From a virus (taxonomy: Duplodnaviria; Caudoviricetes): a stretch of 64,000 bases of DNA. The stretch lies in IMG/VR virus record IMGVR_UViG_3300033070_001349, positions 84,483 through 148,482 of that record. The stretch is one strand, 5' to 3'. This document shows, one piece after another, positions 9,583 through 21,400 of the stretch. Numbering within the stretch: position 1 is the first letter of the stretch; every line of letters starts with the position of its first letter. The notes under the pieces were generated by a model that made no database searches, was not told where the DNA came from, and saw nothing but the letters and a program-made list of their open reading frames with translations. The translations under genes were made by a program, and so were the position numbers.

Positions 9583-10587
9583 ATGACGGCCGCCGTGAAG
9601 CTCAAGCTCGTTCCCTCCCCCTCCGACCCCCTGGGGCTCGGCGCCCCGTCCTCCGCCCCCGAGCCCGGCACCGCGGCCTGGGCCGAGGCCATCCGTTCGG
9701 AGGCGCGCACCGTCGTCGCGGAGGTCGATCAGGCCTACATGCGCGTCGCCGAGATCCTCTACCGGGTGCAGACCCTCCGCGTGAACGGCGGGACCACGGA
9801 GGGCCCTCCCCTCCACACCGCCTGGGGCTTCAAGACCTTCGAGGAGTGGGTCGAGTCCGAGCTCGGGTTCCAGCGCCACAAGGCCAACGCCCTCATCCGC
9901 ATCCACCGCCGCTTCGCCGTCGACCTCACGGAGATGCCCGAGGCGACCCGGGCCAAGCTCCTCAAGATGGGGTGGACGAAGGCGCGCGAGGTCGTCCGCG
10001 TCCTGACCCTCAAGAACGCCGACCACTGGGCGACGATGGGCGAGCAGCTCTCCTTCCCCGACCTCCGCCGCGCCGTCGTCATCTACGCTGACGCCCTCGT
10101 GCAGAAGCAGATCGAGGACGCCAAGGCGGCCAAGACCCCCGCCCCGCCCACGAAGATCGACACGAGCGCCATCCTCGCCTCGGTCACGGAGACCCCGCCC
10201 GCCCCGGTGCACGTCGAGGGCGCTGGCTTCGAGCCCGAGGAGGACCTCGACGGCACCGAGGACGTTCCGCTGCCCCCGCCCGTGAGCACGATCCCCTTCT
10301 CGTTCGCCTTCTACCCCGAGCAGGCCGAGACCTTCGTCGAGGCCCTGAAGATCGCCGAGGCCCACAACCCCGGCAAGCCCAAGAGCTACTACCTGGAGAC
10401 GATCGCCCTGGAGTACCTCTCCGGCTACCATGTGGACGGGGACTCCAACGCCCGGCGGACCCTCACCTTCAAGCGCCTCTCCGAGACCCTCGGCGTGGAG
10501 CTCGTGGTGCGGGACAAGGCCTCCGGCGCGGTCCTCCTCGGCGGCGACGGGCCCCTCGCCGAGGCCCTCCGCAAGGGCGAGGTCTAG
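9583..10587 (+). CDS. hypothetical protein, possibly DNA-binding
   Basis: Strong GC3; GAGGTGA SD; GFKTFEEWVESELGF...LGWTK-like segment typical of phage proteins. Confidence 0.7.
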   Translation: MTAAVKLKLVPSPSDPLGLGAPSSAPEPGTAAWAEAIRSEARTVVAEVDQAYMRVAEILYRVQTLRVNGGTTEGPPLHTAWGFKTFEEWVESELGFQRHKANALIRIHRRFAVDLTEMPEATRAKLLKMGWTKAREVVRVLTLKNADHWATMGEQLSFPDLRRAVVIYADALVQKQIEDAKAAKTPAPPTKIDTSAILASVTETPPAPVHVEGAGFEPEEDLDGTEDVPLPPPVSTIPFSFAFYPEQAETFVEALKIAEAHNPGKPKSYYLETIALEYLSGYHVDGDSNARRTLTFKRLSETLGVELVVRDKASGAVLLGGDGPLAEALRKGEV

Positions 10588-10590
10588 GCC

Positions 10591-10806
10591 GTGGATCTGC
10601 CCATCTCCGAGGCCACCCTCCAGCTCGAATGGGGCACCGTGAAGCAGCTCACGGAGGCCCTGACCGCTTCGATCGAGGGGGGCGTGCCTCGGGGGGACGA
10701 CGAGGCGGCCGAGGCATGGCTCCGCGAGGTGGTGGGGACCCTCGGGTTCCTGTCGAAGAAGCTCGACGTGCTCGCCGTCACCCTCATCTCCCCTCCCGGG
10801 GGGTAG
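10591..10806 (+). CDS. hypothetical protein
   Basis: Fills the gap in the operon; GC3 bias. Confidence 0.55.
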   Translation: MDLPISEATLQLEWGTVKQLTEALTASIEGGVPRGDDEAAEAWLREVVGTLGFLSKKLDVLAVTLISPPGG

Positions 10807-10817
10807 ACTCCGCCCCC

Positions 10818-11375
10818 ATGCGCTCCCGCGAGCTCGTAGAGCACCTCCTCGGCATCCTCCAGCCCCGCGGGAGCGGCGTCTTCCCCGTCGCCCCGGCCCT
10901 CGCCGCCCGCGCCGCCTGCAAGGCGGTCCTCGGGCTCCTGGCCCGGGGGATGGAGTCGATCGCCGACGACGGCACCCTCGCCGCCTCCCCGTGGGAGGCC
11001 TCTTCGGTCTGGACCCAGGTTCGGCGCGAGTACCTCGTCCTCCGCGAGCGGACCCTGGAGGTGCTCTCCTGGGGCGGCACGATCGACCCGGACCCGGGGC
11101 CCGCGCCGCCCCTCGCCTCGACCCCAGAGGCCGCCACGGATACGCTCCTGGCCCTCCTCGAAGCCCTCGGGGTCCAGGTCCAATGGCAGGACCAACGGAA
11201 GGTGCACGAGCTCGCCCCCGAAGCCTTCGCCGCCTTCGAGGTCGTGGAAGCCCTCCTCCGGGTGGCCGCTGCCCGGCTCGCGTCGGTGCCGTGGGCCACC
11301 AGGGGCCTCCCGACGCCCCCGTGGCTCGACGACCCCGCGCCGATCCCGTCCAGAACGCCCCCGGTCGCGGTATAA
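10818..11375 (+). CDS. hypothetical protein
   Basis: GC3-biased frame from ATG 10818. Confidence 0.6.
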   Translation: MRSRELVEHLLGILQPRGSGVFPVAPALAARAACKAVLGLLARGMESIADDGTLAASPWEASSVWTQVRREYLVLRERTLEVLSWGGTIDPDPGPAPPLASTPEAATDTLLALLEALGVQVQWQDQRKVHELAPEAFAAFEVVEALLRVAAARLASVPWATRGLPTPPWLDDPAPIPSRTPPVAV

Positions 11376-11383
11376 CGCGCCCC

Positions 11384-12295
11384 GTGCCGAAGAAGTCCAA
11401 GGTCGCGCCCTCCCCCTCCCCTGTGGTCGACTCCATCCTCGGGGAGATCGAGGCGGGGGCAGGGTCCCCCCAGGTCGCCATCCCCAAGGCGGCCCTGGCG
11501 GACATCGTTGTCCACGTCCCGGTGATGACCCCCCTCGATCGCATCGTCGAGACCGAGTGGAACACCAACGTCCAGAGCGGCGAGAAGTTCTCCGAGCTCG
11601 TGGAGGACATCAAGGTCAACGGCTTCTCCGGGGCGGTCGACGTGGTGCCCTTCACCGGGCCCGACGGCCACGAGTCCTACCTCGTGGTCTCCGGCGAGTG
11701 GCGCTGCAAGGCCGCCCGGCTGCTCGGCCTGAAGGAGATCCCCGCCTCGCGGCTCTCCCACGCGAAGTTTCAGGACGCGGACTTCCAGCGGATCCTCTCG
11801 ATCCGGCGCAACAACATCCACGGGCGGCACGACCCGGAGAAGACCCGCGCGCTCATCGAGCACCTCGCGAAGAAGTACCCCCAGTCGGATGAGCTCCGGC
11901 GGCTCCTCGCCTTCGACAAGACCGCCGAGTGGAAGCGCCTCGTGGGGGACACGCGGAAGTCCCTCAAGGGCCAGGGCGCTACCCAGGCCCAGCTCGCCCA
12001 GTTCGACGAGAAGGCGAAGAAGGCCAGGAGCCTTGCCGACCTCTCGGCCATCGTCTCCCACCTCTTCGACACGCACAAGGAGACGGTCCCCTGGGGCTAC
12101 ATGGCGTTCTCCTTCGGCGGGAAGGAGCACCTCTACGTCGCTGCCACCGCGCCGACGATGCAGGCTGTGAAGCGCATCGTGGCCCACTGCGGCGACCGCA
12201 ACCTGGAGATCAACTCCGTCCTCGGCCCGGCCCTCACGGAGCTCGCGGACCGGCTCGCGAAGGGTGTCGAGGGCCCCCTCCCCGGCGACTTCTGA
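11384..12295 (+). CDS. ParB/Srx N-terminal domain protein
   Basis: EWNTN...LVEDIKVNGFSGAVDV...YLVVSGEWRCKAARLLGLKEIP (GxxR box); start GTG 11384, 7 nt after TATAAC. Confidence 0.8.
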   Translation: MPKKSKVAPSPSPVVDSILGEIEAGAGSPQVAIPKAALADIVVHVPVMTPLDRIVETEWNTNVQSGEKFSELVEDIKVNGFSGAVDVVPFTGPDGHESYLVVSGEWRCKAARLLGLKEIPASRLSHAKFQDADFQRILSIRRNNIHGRHDPEKTRALIEHLAKKYPQSDELRRLLAFDKTAEWKRLVGDTRKSLKGQGATQAQLAQFDEKAKKARSLADLSAIVSHLFDTHKETVPWGYMAFSFGGKEHLYVAATAPTMQAVKRIVAHCGDRNLEINSVLGPALTELADRLAKGVEGPLPGDF

Positions 12296-12425
12296 CAGGG
12301 TCTCCCGTGTCGGTGCCGGGCGGCAACCGCACGCCGAACGACAGTCGGTCTCCGCGCGCTCGCGTACGTGCGCACGAGCGACCCCCTGGTGTCCCCTCGC
12401 GGAGTCGTGTAGCGTCTCGCCCGTT

Positions 12426-15400
12426 GTGAGCCCCCCGCCCATCCTGACCCACGGTGAGCTCCTCGCAGAGCTCAAGTCCTCGTCCACCTCAGGGGCCCTC
12501 ACGGAGGCGAAGCACTACCCGCCGGGGTACTGCAAGCTCATGGGGAAGGCCCCCCAGTGGGTCTACATCAAGACCACGGACCCCAAGAAGCCGTGGAAGT
12601 ATTACGCCACGCCCGGGACCGAGAAGGGGGACACCGCGCTCGCCAAGTCCAAGGTGTGGGACGAGGCGGCCGACAAGAAGGAGACCCTCGCGGCCAAGGC
12701 GGGGGTTGCGGTCCACACCGCGCAGGACCTCTCCGGCCTCCCCGACGACGCCAAGGCCGCCCTCAAGGGCGAGTTCGGTGACGACTGGCAGGACGAGCTA
12801 TCGAAGACCCTCACCGACCTCAAGTCCCTCGAAGGCGAGCTCGAAGGCGAGCACGACGAGTGGATGGCGAGCAAGGGCGGGGGGAAGGGCGGCAAGGCCA
12901 AGGCCTCGAAGCCCGCCGCCGCTACCGCTACCGCCGCCCCGGCCGCCGAGCCCGAGCCGGAGCCCGATGCCGCCCCGGCGACCGGGGAGCCCGCCGCTGA
13001 GCCCGAGAAGCCTTCCGCCGAGGAGCCCGCCGAGCCCGCGCCGGAGGCCCCCTCGGAGCCCGAGAAGCCCTCCGAACCCGAGGCCCCTGTCCCGAGTCAT
13101 GTGACTCCGAGCGAGGAGCCCCCGGAGCCCGCCCCGCCCGAGCCCGAGGACGGGACGCACCCCGGAGACGACATTCTCGCCCTCCTCAAGGGGGAGCCCG
13201 AGGCCCCGAAGGAGCCCGAGGCGTCGCCCGCCGAGGAGCCCGCCGCGGCGAAGGAGCCCGAGCCCGAGGCTCCGAAGGCCGAGCCCGACACCGCGACCGC
13301 GGCGTCCTCGACCCCTGTGGCGCCGGAAGCCGCGGGCGCGGTGCCGTCTGAGATCCCGGACGTGGCGGACCTCGCCTACGCCGGGAACGCCCAGCACCTC
13401 GGCGGGCAGTCGAAGAAGCACTACTTCACCGACAAGAAGGGCAGGAAGTACCTCTTCAAGACGGCCAAGGATGCGAACGACGTGCGCAAGCCGTGGGCGG
13501 CCCAGGCCGCCGAGCTCGCGTCGAGCATCCAGCGGAAGGTTCTCGGGAAGGGCGTGCCGGTCAAGGTCCTCTCGATCGGGGGGAGCACCGGGACGATCCA
13601 GCCCGTGATGGAGCTCGGTGACCCTCCGTCCCTCGTCTCGACGCCGCCGGAGAAGCTCACCCTCGCCGATGCCAACGCCGTAGCGCAGGAGCACGTCATC
13701 GACTGGGGCACCGGCAACCACGATGGTCACGGAGGCCAGTTCATCCGGCTCAAGGACGGAACCCTCGTCGGGATCGACAAGGAGCAGGCCTTCCGCTTCC
13801 TCGGGACCCCGGGGGAGAAGCTCTCGACGAGCTACGACCCGAACCCGGACACGCCCTACTACAACGGCTTCTGGACCGCCTTCGCCGCGGGCAAGCTCCC
13901 GGCCGCCTTCGACCCCAAGAGTGCCATGCTTCCGGCGCTCAACAGCATGATGGCGTTGCCGGACGCCGAGTACAAGGAAGGCCTCCAGGCCTACTTCGAC
14001 TCGCTTCCGGCCTCGGCAAAGGCCGCCCGCCCGGACTTCGTCGAGAAGGCCCTCACCCGCAAGGCGTCCCTCAAGAGCGACTTCGAGGGCTTCCTCACGC
14101 CGCTCTACCGGAAGAAGGAGGGCAACCCCAAGGGCAAGTTCACCTTCGAGCACGGATGGATCCCCGACGGCAAGGTCCCGAAGGGAGCCGCCCCTGCGGA
14201 GACCTCGCCGGAGACCCTCCCGGCCCCGGCGATCCCGAACCCGCTCGTGGTGGACCCGAAGTACCAGAGCTTCCTCGACGACCTCGCGGCGGCGTCCAAG
14301 GTCGACCTGTCGAACGCCGCCGACCTGAGCCCGGTGGGCATCGCCAACGTCGCTCTCGACCACCTCCCCGCCAAGCAGGCGAAGGCCCTCCAGGCGAAGT
14401 ACGGCGACCTCCACCCGTACCTCCAGGCAGGCCACGCGGCCTACAAGTTCGCGAAGAAGGACTACACCAACGGCGCTTCGCCCGAGGCCATCAACAACGA
14501 TCTGTCTACGGCGGACCCGCCCGTGGATGTGTCGGACTACCACGCCGTGTACAAGGCGCTCCGGCACTCTCCCAAGTACAAGGACGGGGGCCTCTACGCC
14601 CAGGCCTACGCCGCGGTGCACGGACCCGACTGGAAGGAGAAGATGGCGAAGACCGTCGCCGCCCTGAACGGGGTGGTCTCCTCCGAGCCGGAACAGGATC
14701 ATAAGGACGTTCCGACCTGGGAACCGACCGACGCCGACATCGACGCGATGGCCGCCGCCGCGGGCGAGCCCTCGGACCCCGAGCCCCCGACCGCCACGCC
14801 GACCCCCGGCACCCCCATCCTCTCGGGCCCTCCCGCTGTCGGGTCGGAGTCGTGGCCCCACGAGAAGTACAAGGGCCTCTCGGCCGCCGTCGCCGCCATC
14901 TCCGCGGGCAAGGGCAAGACCTCGGACGCCATGCTCAAGGCGTTTCAGGACGAGGACTACCCGAAGAAGTACGGCCCTCAGGTCGCCGACTGCATCAACG
15001 CGATCCGGGTCGCGATGGGCAAGCCCGCGTACCTCAAGCTCCCGGGCAAGGTCCTCACGCAGACCGAGCTCGAATCGCTCCACCAGCTCATCTCGAACGA
15101 CGCGGACGGCTTCAAGACCAACGCCACCGCCGGGGTCTTCAAGCTCTCGACCGACCAGCTTCACGCCGCGAACGCGATGCTGGCCTTCCGCGGCTACGGC
15201 CCGATCGGCGCGGCCGAGCCCGAGGAGCCTGCCTCCTCCGCTCCTGCCCCCTCCGCCCCGGCGATCGAGGCCCCGAAGAGCTCCAAGCCGGTCCACCTGA
15301 CCCCGGCGATGGTCGCCGCGGTGCCCTCCCTCTTCGACGGGTTCGGCACGGACGAGGAGTCGGTGGAGGCGATCGACACCGCCCTCAACGACGCCGCCGA

Positions 15401-18400
15401 GGCCATGGAGAAGGATCCGACCAAGGCGACGAAGGGTGAGATCAACCCGTGGGTCAAGGGGCTCATGGATGCCCACGGCGACCACTGGAAGACCGTCGCC
15501 AAGGCCGCCATCACCAAGATCAACACGAAGAAGGGCGACCCGGACGACCTCGTTCTGAACCCGCCCCAGATCCTCTCGTCCCACCTCAAGGAGCTCACCC
15601 CCTCGGAGGTGATCGCCAAGATCGAGGGCTATGCCGCCAAGGGCCTCGGCGGTGAGGCCTTGAAGTGGCTCCAGCAGATCAAGGCCAAGCACGATGAGGA
15701 CTGGGAGAAGGTCGCGACCCGCGAGCTCACCAAGCTCGCGTCCAACCTCACCGACCACGCCCCGATCGGCGAGCCCATCATCCCGGGCACCTCAGACCCA
15801 GAGGCCCCCGCGAGCCCTGTGGCTCCTCTGGGCGTTCCCCCGAAATCCGCCGGTCCGGTCCTCACACCGGCCCTCGTCGCCGCCGTGCCCCCCTCCATGT
15901 TGGGGTACGGCCCGGACGATACGGAAGCTCTCCTCCAGAACCTCGAAGGCGACCTCAAGCAGGGCATCACGCCCCTCGGGTCCATCGGCTCGTGGTCGAA
16001 GGCCCTCCACGGCATGTACGGCGACGAGTGGATCGCCACCGCGAAGGCCGCGGTACAGGCAGCGAACCACACCGAGGGGGACCCGAACGACCTCCTCACC
16101 AACGTACCCATTCAGATCACGCACCAGCTCGGGCCGGGCGGTCCCTCGCCGGAGCAGTACCTCCAGTTCATCCAAGGGAAGCATCACCAGGGCGGCAAGG
16201 GCCACCAGTGGCTCGAACAGGTGAAGGCGAAGCACCCTGACGACTGGAAGGAGGTCGCCCTCGGGAAGCTCAAGGCCATCGCCGCGAAGCACACCGATCA
16301 CACCCCGCTCGGCGCGGCCTCCGCGGCCCCGGCTGGGGCGAGCGACGACCCCCCGGTGCCCCCCACGATCCACCCCGAGGACATCACCGACGCGGACGCC
16401 GCCCTCGACTCCCTCGCGGACAAGCTCGCGAATCATCCCTCGGGTTCCATGCTCGGCCTCGGCCCCACCCTCGGGTGGGTTCAGGCGCTCAAGGACAAGC
16501 ACGGCGACCAGTGGAAGGACGCCGCGAAGAAGGCCCTCGGGTTCGCCTCCGCCGCGGAGTCCCCCTCGAAGACCTCCGGCCTCGAAGCGGAAGGGTCGGC
16601 CATCGCGAAGATGATGGCCGCGGGTGCCGCCGCCTCCTCGAAGGGCCTCACCCAGGCCCTCGGGCTCTCGAAGCCCGTCGACCCTATGGGGGTGGCCCAC
16701 ATCGCCAACACCATCGCCAAGGTCGCGGCAGCTTCCCAGGCGTCGACCCCGGACGAGCTCTTCGCGGACGTGCTCGACTCGAAGGGCGACGGCTACTTCA
16801 AGTCCTCCCTGGGCAACACCGCCGCGAGCGAGAAGGAGTGGATGGAGGCCGTCCAGAAGATGGTCTACGCCCACACGGCGAAGCACCCTCTCAAGCCCTT
16901 CGAGCCCCAGGCCGCTCCTGCCGCGTCCCCCGTCTCCCCGGAGAAGCACCTCGCGTCCCTCAAGAACCCGGTCCACGACCTCGCGAACTACCTCACCAAG
17001 GGCTCCAAGGCCTTCCCCCCGGGCGTCGACATTCCCCACGCGGTTCACGCCCTCGCGGGTGCCGTCATGGGCAAGGACGGCTCCCTGTCGCCCGAGGCGG
17101 AGGCGGCCCTCGGCCTCACGCACGAGTACGCGAGCTCGATCAAGGGCATCCTCGACCTCTCGGGGGCGAAGAAGAGCAAGGAGAGCTTCTCCAACAGCGC
17201 CTTCCTCGGCGCGGTGGCCGGTGGCTTCAAGATGCCCGAGGAGAAGCTCCTCGCGATGGTGAACGGGTACCTCGCCGCCAAGGGCGAGGACCCGATCGTG
17301 ACCGCCGCGCCGGGCACCCCGGCGGCGGCCCCGAGCGCCACCGACCCGGCCGTCTCCCCCGGCGTGGACGTTCTCTCTCACCCCAAGGTCTCGGCCGTCC
17401 TGACCGACCCCGCGAACACCACGCCCCACGCGGTCTTCCAGGGCCTCACGAAGCTCACGGGCCAGGGCATCGGCCCGAGCGGGTGGCCGAGCAAGGCCCT
17501 CGCCCAGTGGGCCATGTCGAAGGGCCTCACGTCCGGGCAGGCCACCGCCCTCGCCCACCCGAAGCTCTCGGCCATGGGCCTCGTCGGGGATCCTGACGCC
17601 ACCCCCTCGGCGGTCTACTCCAAGGTCGCGAAGCTCACCGGGGACAAGGCCAACGAGCTCTCCGACGAGCTCGGGGACTCCTGGTACTCGGACTTCCTCG
17701 ACGGGTGGTCCACCCTCCATTCGCAGACCGTCGGGTCGACGCAGAAGGCCCCTCACGGGGTGTGGGTCGGCGACTTCACCAACAAGTTCGCCAAGAACCT
17801 CCTCTCGCACGACGAGTCCCCGAAGGACTGGTACGCGGACCTCCTCCACTTCGACAAGTCGGTCAAGAACGCCCCCGACGACATCGTGCAGGGGTGGCAC
17901 CAGTGGAAGGCCAAGTGCGAGAAGGAGTACGGGCCGACCTGGAAGGAGAAGCTCGTGGCCGCCGCCGCGGCCTACCACGGCAAGGGCTACGACTCCCTCC
18001 CTGACGAGGTGAAGGCCAAGGTCCCGCAGACCACCGAGAAGTTCTACGCGGCGATGTACCCGAAGGGGAAGCCCGTCACCGGCTCCCACCTCGACCTCTT
18101 CAACGTCAACGGCGTGAAGCAGGCGATCGAGGACTACAAGAGCGGCTCCGCGTGGCCCGAGCACGCGGCGATCTTCGACGCCGCCAAGGCCTCCTACGGG
18201 CCCGGCTGGGAGTCGGCCTTCCTCGCCGACTACGCGGCCCACAAGGGGGAGCCCGTCCCCCACACCCCCGTGGCTTCGCATCCCTACGAGCCGGTCGACT
18301 CGCCCCTCGTGGACACGCTCTGGTCCGCCGGTTACGGCCAGACCGCCTCGCTCGCGTCTATCTCGGTGAACTACCCCGAGCTCGCGGACAAGTGGAAGGC

Positions 18401-21400
18401 GAAGTACGGGCCCGACGCGCAGACCCACATCCACCTCGCCATGGCGGCCAAGATCAACGGGGTGGTCTCGCCCTCCATTGCGGTCAAGCTCCTCGGGAAC
18501 AAGATCCCGGTCTCCCCGGAGATGCTCAAGGCCCTGGTTCCCACATGGGGAGCCTCGGGGGAGACGCCGGAGGGCTACGCGGCGCTCGTCAAGCAAAAGC
18601 TCGACACGCTCGTGAACTACGGGGGGCCGAACGCGGATAGCCTCAAGACCGAGGCGGGCGCCCTGGAGAAGCAGTACGGTCCCAACTGGCACCTCAAGCT
18701 CGCCCTCGGCGACTTCTTCGAGCAAGGGGAGAGCGCGGGTACCACCGTCCCGGCCACCCTCCTCCAGAAGGCCCTCGTCACGCACACGCCCGTGGCCCCG
18801 TCCGCCCCAGCGGCGGTCCCTGCTGCTCCCCCCAAGGACCTCCCCTACGAGGGTCCTGACTCCGAGCTCTACAAAACCATGGCCGTCTTCGGCGGGGACC
18901 CCCTGGGCGTGGAGGAGTGGATCGGCCAGGAGCCCAAGGCGGACGACATCGTCAACAAGCTCAAGGCGAAGTACCCGGGGAAGTGGGCGGCCCACGCCCA
19001 CCTCGCCCATGCCGCCCTCTCCGGTAAGGACCTCGCGAAGAAGCACGTCGACAAGCTCCTCGGGCCGAACGCGCCGTACCTCTCCGACGATCTGAACGAC
19101 GACCTCGGCCTCTTCGGGCAGACCTTCAAGGACCACGCGGAGGTCATGGCGCACCTCCAGAAGAAGGTCAGCAAGCTCAAGGACGAGTCCGCCGAGGAGG
19201 CGGAGAAGCTCAAGGCGAAGTACGGCCCCAACTGGCTCCACAAGATCGCGGCCCACTACACCGAGACGCCGGTCCCGCCCCACGTAGTCCAGGCCCTCCT
19301 CCATGGCCCGGAGGCTCCCCTCGCGGGCTCCGCTCCGGCTACCCCCAGCCCCGCCGCCGGAGCTCCCGCCGAGCCGCCCCCTGACCTCTCGAAGGCCAAG
19401 GCGTTCTACGCCGCCCATCCCGAGATCGTGGCGGCCATGGCCTCCATGACCCCGGCGGAGTTCGCCGACGCCGCCAAGGCCGCCCACGCCTACCCCGGCA
19501 CCAACGCCGCGTGGGTCAACGCCCTCAAGGGCGCCACGGACCACGGCTACGGGATGTTCACCCCGGCCGAGGAGATCATCGCCTCCGTCAAGGCCCTCAA
19601 GGACGCCGGGGGCATCCCCGCCGACGCGAAGAAGGCCCCCGCTCCGATCAACGGCCCGGTGACGACCGCGACCAACGCCCCTATGCCCGGCATGGCCGGG
19701 GCGATTCTCAGCAAGTCCTTCGGCCCATGGCACCCGGCCGCGGAGATGCTCAACGCAAGCCCCGAGATGCTCGCGAAGCTCATCGACGCTTCCGCGCACC
19801 CCTACGGATACATGAACGGCCAGGGGTTCGCCCACGCCTACGCCAGCAAGCTCGCGTACGGCCCCGACCACAACCCTCACACCCCGGGCGCCACCCCTCC
19901 TCCCCCCGGATGGGAGAAGGCGATGGTGGCCGCCTACGTGGCCCACCATTCGACCCACTACGTACCCTCGAACGACTACGAGCAGGCCGAGTACAAGCAC
20001 TCGGTCACGACGACGCTCCAGAAGCACCTCGACAAGTACGTCAAGTCGCCGTTCAAGGCCCCGGCCTTCCATCACGACAAGGCCTTCGCCGCCCTCACGG
20101 CCGCTGGGAAGAAGACGGTCATCGCCAACCTCCTCAAGAGCGGCCACCTCAAGCCCACGCTGTCCGCCGTTCAGCTCGCGAAGCTCCAGGCCGTCGCCAA
20201 GCAGATCGTCGCCCAGACAGCCCTTCACGGGGGCGACTCGACCAAGGCTCAAGAGGCGGTCCTGACCCCTGCGGTCGTGAGCGCCCTCAAGTCCTACGGC
20301 CCGTCCTGGCCCCACGCGGCCAACGTCTTCCTCAAGCATGAGGGGCACCCGCCGATCAAGGCGCTCCCGTCGGACTGGATCGACCCCTCCGCGGTCCCCC
20401 TCCCCCCGGCGCTCAAGGCCTTCTACGAAGCGCCGACCACGATCCCGGGCACCTCGCTTACACCGCCCTTCGCGGGGGGGCCCAAGCCCGCCACGCCCAC
20501 CCCTGCGCCCACCCCTGCGCCCCCCCCGAAGGCCCCGCCTCCGCCGCCCCCGGCCCAGGTGCAGAGCGCGGCCAAGGTGGTCACCAAGGGCACCCCGAAG
20601 GCGGTCAAGGCCGCCCCCAAGGACCCGGCGCCTGCCGGGTGGGCCACCGGCACGGCCGCCGAGCCCCCGGCCCCCAAGGTCGGCCTCATCCCGAGCCTCC
20701 CGAAGCCCTCGGCGCCGAAGGTCCAGGGCACGGGCACGCCCATCCACGAGGCCCACGAGTCCGCCCAGGCGGCGGCCCACCACCTCCCCGGCGGGCAGAA
20801 GAAGGTCGTCACCTCGACCGACGGGACGCAGTGGGCCTCGTACCTCCCGCACGACCACCTCGGGGCCCCCCTCGGGCCTTCGGGCGCCTCGGCCACCAAC
20901 CTCTTCCACGGCCTCGCCGGGTTCGTGAAGCCCGGCGCGTCCTACGCGGTGAGCGCGGACGACCACGCGATCCTCCACCCCCTGCCCGAGGGGACCAAGA
21001 GCCTCGACGGCGTGCCCCCGAGCGCCCTCTCCCCGGCCGAGCTCCAAGACGTGGCGACCGAGCACGTCCTCGACTGGGCCATGGGCATCCACGCGACCCA
21101 CGGCGGGACCCTCCAGCGCACCCCCGACGGCCGCATCGTGGGCACCGCGAAGACCCAGCCCTTCGTCCACGACGATCAGGATAAGCTCTCGCTCGACTGG
21201 CAGTCCCCGACCTCGACGAAGCCCTCGTACTACAACAAGTTCTGGCAGGACTGGGTCGACGGCAAGCACGACTTCGACCCCCACACGCTCAAGGGCGCGA
21301 TCGAGTCGATCGAGTCCGTCGACCCCAAGGGCTACGCCGACTCGCTCCGCAAGCACTTCGAGGCTCTCCACCCGGGCCAGCCCGACACGGTCTACGACCG

